The notes under the pieces: model-generated
The model's input: the letters and a program-made list of their open reading frames with translations, nothing else
Told to the model about the DNA's origin: nothing
Database searches by the model: none
Program-made: the position numbers and the translations under genes
Shown here: piece by piece, positions 8,861 to 15,925 of the stretch
How positions within the stretch are numbered: position 1 is the stretch's first letter
Layout of the letters: every line of letters begins with the position of its first letter
IMG/VR virus record: IMGVR_UViG_649633043_000004
Length of the DNA stretch: 20,000 bases
From: an uncultured virus (IMG/VR IMGVR_UViG_649633043_000004)
Taxonomy: Duplodnaviria > Heunggongvirae > Uroviricota > Caudoviricetes
Direction: 5' to 3' (one strand)

Positions 8861-9442
8861 ATGCCGATATTCACAAGATTCACGGAGACAATCGATAAGA
8901 AAGAGGATAAGCGGATCGTGAGCGTCACCGTAAAGCCTGTGGTCACCGACTGCACCGGGACATTCTGGTTTACAGACCTCATGCTGCAGGAAGGCGCGAT
9001 GCTTTCCGGGTATGTCATCAATACCGAGACCTTGCAAAAGAAGTATGCGACCGGCGATGAATACGCTGTTTCCGGGAAGCGGTTCTTCAACGGTATCGTC
9101 AGAGGGAGCGCCACCTGCATTATTTTTAATCTCGGCAAGACCTCGACCGGACTTGACTGGAAAATCTATCCAAACCAGAACATGGCTGCCGGGAGCATTT
9201 CTCTCGGACTCGGTGCGGGAGCGCATAAGGCGACCTTCACGAAAGCGGCAAGTGCTGGTGATGAACTCTCGCTCCTTGCCTCAACAAGAGAATGCCTGAA
9301 AAACGGATCAGCGACAGACAAGGACGGCTTCTTTCAGTACTCCGCCGCCGGAGACAGCAAGCATCCGGTTACGGTTGAGGAGAAGAAGTCGGCAAGGCTG
9401 TATGTGGAGTTTCAGGAGATGGAGGACGGTGATGTGATATGA
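8861..9442 (+). CDS. Tail-tip/baseplate protein (half CBM-like N-terminus plus beta-rich C-terminal domain)
   Basis: 193 aa. 'VTDCTGTFWFTDLMLQEG' repeats the motif of the upstream ORF. Tightly packed between its neighbours, with an ATGA overlap with the next gene. Confidence 0.75.
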   Translation: MPIFTRFTETIDKKEDKRIVSVTVKPVVTDCTGTFWFTDLMLQEGAMLSGYVINTETLQKKYATGDEYAVSGKRFFNGIVRGSATCIIFNLGKTSTGLDWKIYPNQNMAAGSISLGLGAGAHKATFTKAASAGDELSLLASTRECLKNGSATDKDGFFQYSAAGDSKHPVTVEEKKSARLYVEFQEMEDGDVI

Positions 9443-11919
9443 GTCTGGATATCTTAAAAGGCCGCAAATGCATGGTCTGGACGTTCATGGGAAACGCCCG
9501 GATGTACACTGCTCTTAAGAATTACGGAGACCGCCTCTCGCAGGTAGGTCTCTTTTCTTTTAAGGTGGACGCTACAGGGACGATTACCGAGAGCGGTGTA
9601 GCCATATCCGACATGCTGACGTACATCAATAAATATCCGCATATCACATGGCTGCTGACCGTCCGCAATGACGGCGTGGCGAGTGTGTTCACCTCTCTCC
9701 GGGATAATACCGATGGAGCGCAGGACACCTTTCTCTCAGAGCTTGTGCGGATCATGGAGAAATATCCGTGGTGCGACGGCGTGGATATCGACCTCGAGCG
9801 CGGCGGCGATTATTCCACGGCGGCAGCTTCAACCACTATGTTCCGTAATATCTGGAACACGGTAAAGAGCTACGATTCCTCGAAGCTCGTCAATATCTGC
9901 CTTCCGGGCATGGATTCCATAAACGGCTCGGTCGGCGGCGAGAACTGGTGCGTGTATGCTGACCTCAATCCGTACTGCGACACAGCGGCCATCATGAGCT
10001 ACGGCATGGCGTGGGCAGGCTCCGCTCCCGGGCCGGTCTCTCCAAAGGACTGGCTTGACGGCATCTACGATTACGCCGTGACAGCTATGACGCCGGACAA
10101 GGTATTCATGGGACTTCCGGCTTACGGATGGAACTGGCAGATTTATGATCTTCCGGAAAACCTCGGAAAGACCTACCGCGGCACATCCAACACCTACTAT
10201 GCCGCCAAGAACTGGATGACCGGCAAATACAACTTCACGGACGACGCTGCTCCGCAGCCGTTCATTCCGATCCTCGCCTACTGGGACGACTACAACAAGG
10301 TGCCGTATGCCTTCCCGCAGGTCTACGACTTCATGGAAGGTCAGGACGCTGCAAGCTATGAATATCCTCTGATGAGTGGAACCTACAACCGCAGGCGGTA
10401 CCTTACTGCCTACAGCAAGCAGCAAAGTGTGTCATTCGGTACGATAACCGTCGACCGTGACGGAACGCCTGACAGTTACTCGGGCATCGTATCCTATGAT
10501 AACGGCATCGCTGTCCTCGGCGACGAGGGCGAAGCAACATATACCTTCAACATCTCGTCTGCCGGAACATATGACATCGCCGTTCGGCTTTGCTATCCGT
10601 TCTGGGATAAGAACGGGATCTATGTGAGCATTGACGGAACGCAGACGCACTTCACCGAGTCGAGGCTCTGGTGGCCGTACTGGAGAAGTACCTTCTGGGC
10701 ATCGCTTGAGGACGGCATCACGCTTTCCGCCGGAACGCATACCATTACAGTTTCAGTCGACGTGAAAGGCGTGCAGTTCTACGGCTTTCGTGTCTGCTCT
10801 GATTTCTCGGAGAAGCCGACCGCAGGAAGCGCGTCATTTACGCTGTCTCCACGGCATTTCATCGATGTGGACGGCAACGAATGTCAGCCGGACAAGGGCT
10901 TCAAGCTGACGACTGAGGTCCTCCGAAGGAAACCGGACTCGGCACTCATCTGGTATGAGGATTTCGAGGACTACGGTATTCTCGACACCGCTTATTGGAA
11001 TATTATCAGCGGTTCATGGAAGGTCTGGCGGTCGGATGAATATTCCGAGAGCCGTGTTTATTCGCAGCTTGACGGCAGCGGACAGTTTGCGTGGAACTAT
11101 GACGGATTTAAGGACATCCACCTGCGGGCGAGATTGGCGTTCCCGGCAGGAAGCACTGGCAAGGCTGGTATCTTCTGCGGCAGTCTTTTCTGCTGCCTGA
11201 ACTACAACAGTCAGGCCGTAGAGCTGTGGAACGGAAGCACCAAGCTCGGCAGCTACTCGCAGTCGATCCAGCAAACACCATCGTCAGACCTGCGAACTGA
11301 TCCGACAACCTACACCATCGAGATGCGGATCAGAGGCAGCACGGTGCGCGTCTATTCCGGCGCGTCAAACACGCTGCGGTTCACGGCTACGGTCAACGGA
11401 TTCTCAGGAGGAACCGCCGGATACCAATCAGACCAGAGAACAGTCTGCGAACTGCTCCGCATGGGCGACTCTTGGACGTATGAGCCTTATGAGCAGTTCG
11501 ACGTCACCTTCCCAGATGGCTCGGTCACGCAGTACGGCAGAATCAGCCGGAGCAACTGCACCTGGGACGAGGAGTTTCAGGTATTCACGCTGACATCGGA
11601 TATTGAGGAATCGGCAACACGGTCTGAATCCATCTCAATGGACTACGAGTTCTACCACTCTGGACAGCTCAACCTCGAATGCGGGAAGGACTACACGGTG
11701 ACGATCACGCCGAAGGACATCGACATCTGGATCTCGCGGCTTTTCCTCGGAGACGCGGACGGATTTTCCATCCTCTATTATCAGGACGTGGATTCGCTCG
11801 TCTACTGGGCGAATCAGGCGGCGTACCACTGGGGACTTCGCGGCATCGCGATCTGGTCGCTCGGGCAGGAGGATTTAAGGCTCTGGGAGGCATTGCCGAA
11901 ACAGACCGACACCTCATAA
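9439..11919 (+). CDS. Glycoside hydrolase family 18 protein with large inserted beta-domains (probably virion-associated)
   Basis: 826 aa. The GH18 catalytic motif DxxDxDxE is present as DGVDIDLE (9775-9798). Also 'IMSYG', 'PGPVSP..W', 'K.FMGLPAYG.NW' and a C-terminal 'YQD..S........GLRGIAIWSLGQED' strand. Confidence 0.85.
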   Translation: MSLDILKGRKCMVWTFMGNARMYTALKNYGDRLSQVGLFSFKVDATGTITESGVAISDMLTYINKYPHITWLLTVRNDGVASVFTSLRDNTDGAQDTFLSELVRIMEKYPWCDGVDIDLERGGDYSTAAASTTMFRNIWNTVKSYDSSKLVNICLPGMDSINGSVGGENWCVYADLNPYCDTAAIMSYGMAWAGSAPGPVSPKDWLDGIYDYAVTAMTPDKVFMGLPAYGWNWQIYDLPENLGKTYRGTSNTYYAAKNWMTGKYNFTDDAAPQPFIPILAYWDDYNKVPYAFPQVYDFMEGQDAASYEYPLMSGTYNRRRYLTAYSKQQSVSFGTITVDRDGTPDSYSGIVSYDNGIAVLGDEGEATYTFNISSAGTYDIAVRLCYPFWDKNGIYVSIDGTQTHFTESRLWWPYWRSTFWASLEDGITLSAGTHTITVSVDVKGVQFYGFRVCSDFSEKPTAGSASFTLSPRHFIDVDGNECQPDKGFKLTTEVLRRKPDSALIWYEDFEDYGILDTAYWNIISGSWKVWRSDEYSESRVYSQLDGSGQFAWNYDGFKDIHLRARLAFPAGSTGKAGIFCGSLFCCLNYNSQAVELWNGSTKLGSYSQSIQQTPSSDLRTDPTTYTIEMRIRGSTVRVYSGASNTLRFTATVNGFSGGTAGYQSDQRTVCELLRMGDSWTYEPYEQFDVTFPDGSVTQYGRISRSNCTWDEEFQVFTLTSDIEESATRSESISMDYEFYHSGQLNLECGKDYTVTITPKDIDIWISRLFLGDADGFSILYYQDVDSLVYWANQAAYHWGLRGIAIWSLGQEDLRLWEALPKQTDTS

Positions 11920-11943
11920 CTTCATAAATCACAGAGTTTTTTC

Positions 11944-11979
11944 AAGGCTGTCAGCGTACCACTGGCGGCCTTTCATTTT
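11944..11979 (+). terminator. Hairpin / probable terminator between the tail and lysis modules
   Basis: AAGGCTGTCAG-cgtacca-CTGGCGGCCTT (11-bp stem with 2 G-U pairs) followed by tcatttt. Confidence 0.6.
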
Positions 11980-12003
11980 GCTCAAAATCAAAGGAGGGAC
12001 ATT

Positions 12004-12420
12004 TTGATGAAGGAATTCTGGAACACCATACAGCTCATTTTCGCGGCCATCGGAGGATGGCTCGGCTACTTTCTCGGAGGATGCGACGGGCTTCTTATCG
12101 CGCTGATCATCTTCGTGGTCTGCGACTACATTACCGGCGTGCTCTGCGCCATCGCGGACAAGAAGCTCTCGTCTGCAGTTGGATTCAAAGGAATCTGCAG
12201 GAAAGTCTTGATCTTCATTCTGGTCGGCATCGCCAACATCCTCGACATCCACGTGCTCGGACATGAGGGCGTGCTGAGAACCGCAATCATATTCTTCTAC
12301 ATTTCGAATGAAGGTCTTTCTCTCACTGAGAACGCCGCACATCTCGGACTTCCGATTCCCGGCAAGCTCAAGGATGTGCTTGAACAGCTTCACGACAGAA
12401 ACGACAAGGAGGAACAGTAA
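12004..12420 (+). CDS. Holin (phage holin family 4 / toxin secretion-phage lysis holin)
   Basis: 138 aa (TTG 12004 or ATG 12007). Hydrophobic helices, with motifs 'DYITG', 'LSS.VG.KGI..K', 'FY..NEG.S..EN...LGLPIP..L...L.QL'. AGGAGG RBS. Upstream of the lysin. Confidence 0.93.
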   Translation: MMKEFWNTIQLIFAAIGGWLGYFLGGCDGLLIALIIFVVCDYITGVLCAIADKKLSSAVGFKGICRKVLIFILVGIANILDIHVLGHEGVLRTAIIFFYISNEGLSLTENAAHLGLPIPGKLKDVLEQLHDRNDKEEQ

Positions 12421-12422
12421 TT

Positions 12423-13373
12423 ATGGCTATCAAGGGAATAGACGTATCGGTCTGGCAGGGAAACATCGACTTTGGCAAGGTCAAAGTGTCAGGCATCAAT
12501 TTTGTGATTATCCGCGCCGGATACGGCAACGGGAACAAGGACAAATGGTTCGATGAGAACTACCGGAAAGCAAAAGCAGCCGGGCTCCACATCGGCGCAT
12601 ACTGGTATTCATACGCCACATCCGCTGACGGTGCGAAGCAGGAAGCGCAGTCCTGCGCCAAGGTGCTCTCAGGCAAGCAGCTTGATTACCCGGTCTACTT
12701 CGACATCGAGGAGAAGTCCCAGCTTTCGCGCGGGAAGGATTTCTGCTCATCGCTCATCACGGCGTTCTGCACCGAGCTGGAGAATCATGGCTACTACGCA
12801 GGCTTTTATACTTCACTTTCCAGCCTGAACTCTGTGGTATCGGATGCCGTAAAGAAGCGCTTCACCGTCTGGGTGGCGCAGTGGTCGGGCAAATGCTCGT
12901 ACTCCGGCGCTTACGGCGTCTGGCAGTATTCGTCCAAAGGCAAGGTCAGCGGCATCGGCGGGAACGTCGACATGGACTACTCCTACATCGACTTTCCAAC
13001 CACGATCAGAAACGGCGGATTCAACGGCTACGGCAAAGGCGCTGCATCCACCAGCACGACAACCGTGAAGAAGTCCGTTGACGAGATTGCTTCAGAGGTC
13101 ATTGCCGGGAAATGGGGCAACGGCTCCGACCGCAAGAACCGTCTGACGGCCGCTGGGTTTGACTACAACGCCGTGCAGGCAAAGGTCAACGAGAAACTCG
13201 GCGCTTCCCAGAAGAAATCGGCCGCCACCTACTACACGGTTCAGCGCGGAGACACACTTTCCGGCATCGCCAAGAAGTACGGCACGACCGTATCCGCAAT
13301 CCAGAAGTTGAACAGTACGCTCATCAAGAACGTGAATCTCATCCAGGTCGGATGGCGGATTCGCGTGAAATAG
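12423..13373 (+). CDS. Endolysin: GH25 muramidase + CW_7 (Cpl-7) repeat + LysM
   Basis: 316 aa. GH25: 'GIDVS.WQG.ID', 'YPVYFDIE', 'WQYSS.G.V.GI.GNVD.D'. CW_7: '[32 protein letters not shown]'. LysM: '[23 protein letters not shown]....N.I.VG..I'. Confidence 0.95.
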   Translation: MAIKGIDVSVWQGNIDFGKVKVSGINFVIIRAGYGNGNKDKWFDENYRKAKAAGLHIGAYWYSYATSADGAKQEAQSCAKVLSGKQLDYPVYFDIEEKSQLSRGKDFCSSLITAFCTELENHGYYAGFYTSLSSLNSVVSDAVKKRFTVWVAQWSGKCSYSGAYGVWQYSSKGKVSGIGGNVDMDYSYIDFPTTIRNGGFNGYGKGAASTSTTTVKKSVDEIASEVIAGKWGNGSDRKNRLTAAGFDYNAVQAKVNEKLGASQKKSAATYYTVQRGDTLSGIAKKYGTTVSAIQKLNSTLIKNVNLIQVGWRIRVK

Positions 13374-13387
13374 CTGCATCACATCTC

Positions 13388-13433
13388 AGGCCCACTGGCT
13401 ATTCCTTATCGGAATTGTCGGTGGGCCTTTTTT
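13388..13433 (+). terminator. Rho-independent terminator ending the late operon
   Basis: Long stem AGGCCCACTGGC...GTCGGTGGGCCT, extended by an inner ATTCC/GGAAT pairing, followed by a T run (13428-13433). Confidence 0.85.
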
Positions 13434-13455
13434 CGTTTCTGCTTCGTCAAAACAG

Positions 13456-13487
13456 GCCTCCAGCCTCCAGTGGAAAGTGACTGGAGG
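13456..13487 (+). promoter_or_regulatory. RBS-sequestering hairpin upstream of the recombination cassette
   Basis: CCTCCAGT (13464-13471) pairs perfectly with ACTGGAGG (13480-13487), which contains the SD of ATG 13495. GCCTCCA is tandemly duplicated (13456-13469). Confidence 0.55.
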
Positions 13488-13494
13488 TTTTCTC

Positions 13495-13917
13495 ATGAAT
13501 AAAGAACAGAAGCAGCAGATCCGCAAGCTGCGCGGTGACGGCCACGGGTACGCTGCGATTGCCAATGCGCTGGGACTCACGAAGAATCAGGTATCAGCCT
13601 TTTGCCGCAGGAACAACCTCACCGGAAAGATTGCCGACACAGGCGACGAGAATACGCCGGATGGCTCCTACTGCCAGTACTGCGGAAAGCCAATAAAACA
13701 AATTCCCGGTCGAAAGGAAGTCCGGTTCTGCTCGGACGCCTGCCGACTCAGCTGGTGGAACGCCCACCCGGAACAGATCAACCGGAAAGCCGTCTACACA
13801 TTCAACTGCGCCCACTGCGGAAAACGGTTCTCGGCCTATGGAAACCGGCACCGTAAGTACTGCTCGCACGCCTGCTATATCGCAGACCGTTTCAAAGGCG
13901 GTGACGGCCATGAGTGA
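13495..13917 (+). CDS. HTH + double Zn-finger protein (first gene of the recombination cassette)
   Basis: 140 aa from ATG 13495 (GGAGG RBS; the track's GTG 13477 start is less likely). N-terminal HTH 'IRKLR..G.GY..IA..LGL....V..FCRR', then two CxxC-GK...[FY]CSxxC motifs. Confidence 0.8.
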   Translation: MNKEQKQQIRKLRGDGHGYAAIANALGLTKNQVSAFCRRNNLTGKIADTGDENTPDGSYCQYCGKPIKQIPGRKEVRFCSDACRLSWWNAHPEQINRKAVYTFNCAHCGKRFSAYGNRHRKYCSHACYIADRFKGGDGHE

Positions 13918-14074
13918 TGAGCAGTTCGAGCGGGAGAAACTTTACCAGGCGAGCATGGAAATGTTCAAAAGGATGCTGGATCAGGGCCTTATCACCGAGG
14001 ATGAATACGCGGTCATAGACACCAAAATGAAGGAGAAATACAGCCCGATAATCGGCACATTATTATCCCCGTAA
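13910..14074 (+). CDS. SHOCT-like micro-protein
   Basis: 54 aa from ATG 13910 (upstream GGCGGTG; overlaps the end of the previous gene): MSDEQFEREKLYQASMEMFKRMLDQGLITEDEYAVIDTKMKEKYSPIIGTLLSP. 'L.QGLIT.DEY' is the SHOCT signature. Confidence 0.75.
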   Translation: MSDEQFEREKLYQASMEMFKRMLDQGLITEDEYAVIDTKMKEKYSPIIGTLLSP

Positions 14075-14131
14075 CGCTTGCTATGTGTCTGAAACAGAGT
14101 GATAGATAGACAAGACGAAAGGAGTGATACA

Positions 14132-15925
14132 ATGCCGAAAATCACGAAAATTGAGCCTAAAATCAAGGCTCTACCACAGCGGAAGAAGGTGGCGGCATAC
14201 GCGCGTGTGTCGATGGAGACCGAGCGCCTGCACCATTCCCTCTCCGCACAGGTCAGCTACTACTCGGAGCTGATCCAGAAGAATCCGGAATGGCAGTATG
14301 CAGGTGTCTACGCGGACGAAGGCATCACCGGTACAAGCACCATGAAACGGCCTGAGTTCCAGCGTATGCTCGCTGACTGCGAAGCCGGGAAGATAGACAT
14401 CATCCTCACCAAGAGCATCAGCAGGTTCGCGCGGAACACGGTCGACCTGCTGGAGACCGTCCGGCATCTCAAGGAGCTGGGCATTGAGGTGCGGTTCGAA
14501 AAGGAGCACATAAACTCGCTTTCCGGTGACGGCGAGGTCATGCTCACCTTGCTCGCCTCATTTGCACAGTCTGAAACCGAAAGCATCTCCAACAATGTGA
14601 AGTGGGGAATCCGCAAAAGGATGCAGGCCGGACTGCCTTATGCAAACGGTCACATGAACGTCTACGGGTACCGCTGGGAAAGTGACGAGATGGTCATCGT
14701 CCCGGAGGAGGCCGCCATCGTACGCCGCATCTACCAGAACTTCCTTGACGGGAAATCCCGGCAGGAAACCGAGAAGGAATTCGCCGCCGAAGGCATCAAG
14801 ACGCGTGCCGGAGCGCCGTGGGTGGATTCCAATCTGAAGGTGATCCTCACGAACGTTACCTACACAGGCAACATGCTCTACCAAAAGGAATACATCGCTG
14901 ATCCGATCACGAAGAAGGTCAAGAAGAACCGCGGCGAGCTGCCGCAATACTATGTGGAGAACACGCATCCGGCCATCATCAGCAAGGAAACATTCGACTA
15001 CGTGCAGGCCGAAATGGCGCGGCGCAGGGAGCTTGGCTGCTTTGGCAACAAGGCGCTCACCCTGAACTGCTTCTCCACGAAAATCAAATGCGGACAATGC
15101 GGCAGAAGTTTCGTCCGCTCCACACGGAGGAACCGAGCAAAGATGAGCAGGCTCGGAGAGAAATACACCTTCTGGGCCTGCACCTCACACAAGAAAACAA
15201 ACTGCTCGTCCTGCAGCAGCGGAACGATCCGCGAAAGCGTCCTCAAAGAGGAATGCGCCAAGGTGCTCGGCATCCCGGAATTTGACGAGGACATCTTCTC
15301 TGAGCGTGTCGAACGGATTACGGTTCCTGAGTCCGGGACGATGATCTTCGAATTCACGGACGGCACCACGCTTGAACACCACTGGTACCGGAATGCGAAA
15401 AAGGAATCGTGGACTGAGGAGAATCGGAAGCGTGCATCTCAGTACCGCAGACGGCACCCGGTCACCCGTGACGATATCACCTGCTTCACCACGAAGATCC
15501 GCTGCGAGGAATGCGGCTGCAACTACCGCAAGCAGACATGCGTCATGGCCGACGGCCACCAGAACGCCTATTGGAAGTGCGCCGACAAGAAAAACCATCC
15601 CGGCAAAAGCCTGCGCGAGGATCACCTGAAGGAAATCATCAACGAGGTCCTCGGGCTCGACGAATTCGACGAGCAGGTCTTCCTCGAACGGATAGACCAC
15701 ATCAGCGTCCGGAACCTGACACACCTGACCTTCCACTTCACCGACGGCAGCACAGCCGAACGAGACTACGAATACTCGAAGGAAGGCGTCCCGTGGACAG
15801 ATGAGCGCCGGGAAAAACAGACTGAGGCTATCAGGGATAGCTTCACGCCGGAGCGCAGGAAGAAAATCAGCGAAAACATGAAGAGAATAAGGAGTGAGAA
15901 ACATTGGAGCAGCAAAAGAAAGTAA
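14132..15925 (+). CDS. Large serine recombinase 1 (catalytic + recombinase domain + two Zn-ribbon modules)
   Basis: 597 aa from ATG 14132 (AAGGAG RBS). Catalytic 'AAYARVS', 'YADEGITGT', 'KSISRFARN', 'LASFAQ.E...IS.N.KWG', recombinase domain 'ILTN..YTG' and 'HPAII', and two CxxC Zn-ribbon modules. Confidence 0.95.
   Translation: MPKITKIEPKIKALPQRKKVAAYARVSMETERLHHSLSAQVSYYSELIQKNPEWQYAGVYADEGITGTSTMKRPEFQRMLADCEAGKIDIILTKSISRFARNTVDLLETVRHLKELGIEVRFEKEHINSLSGDGEVMLTLLASFAQSETESISNNVKWGIRKRMQAGLPYANGHMNVYGYRWESDEMVIVPEEAAIVRRIYQNFLDGKSRQETEKEFAAEGIKTRAGAPWVDSNLKVILTNVTYTGNMLYQKEYIADPITKKVKKNRGELPQYYVENTHPAIISKETFDYVQAEMARRRELGCFGNKALTLNCFSTKIKCGQCGRSFVRSTRRNRAKMSRLGEKYTFWACTSHKKTNCSSCSSGTIRESVLKEECAKVLGIPEFDEDIFSERVERITVPESGTMIFEFTDGTTLEHHWYRNAKKESWTEENRKRASQYRRRHPVTRDDITCFTTKIRCEECGCNYRKQTCVMADGHQNAYWKCADKKNHPGKSLREDHLKEIINEVLGLDEFDEQVFLERIDHISVRNLTHLTFHFTDGSTAERDYEYSKEGVPWTDERREKQTEAIRDSFTPERRKKISENMKRIRSEKHWSSKRK
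15068..15895 (+). repeat. Internal tandem duplication (~138 aa period) in recombinase 1
   Basis: Copy 1 starts at 15068: CFSTKIKCGQCG...WAC...IRE..LKE....VLG..EFDE.IF.ER...I.V.....F.FTDG.T......WTEE.R. Copy 2 starts at 15482: CFTTKIRCEECG...WKC...LRE..LKE....VLG..EFDE.VF.ER...I.V.....F.FTDG.T......WTDE.R. Confidence 0.85.

Noticed and set aside
8748..8958. 11-bp direct repeat GACTGCACCGG as a recombination (shufflon) site or DGR template/variable repeat
   Set aside because: It is explained by the shared DCTG protein motif of two paralogs. The flanks diverge at all base types rather than only at adenines, the copies are not inverted, and no reverse transcriptase or invertase is in the window.
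12004..12012. Possible holin/antiholin dual start (TTG ATG AAG)
   Set aside because: The two starts are adjacent with no charged residue between them, unlike the lambda S Met-Lys-Met motif, so the two products would be nearly identical.
13477..13917. Calling the HTH/Zn-finger protein a sigma-70 factor
   Set aside because: Only a short HTH is present and there is no sigma region 2. The rest of the protein is Cys-rich Zn fingers.
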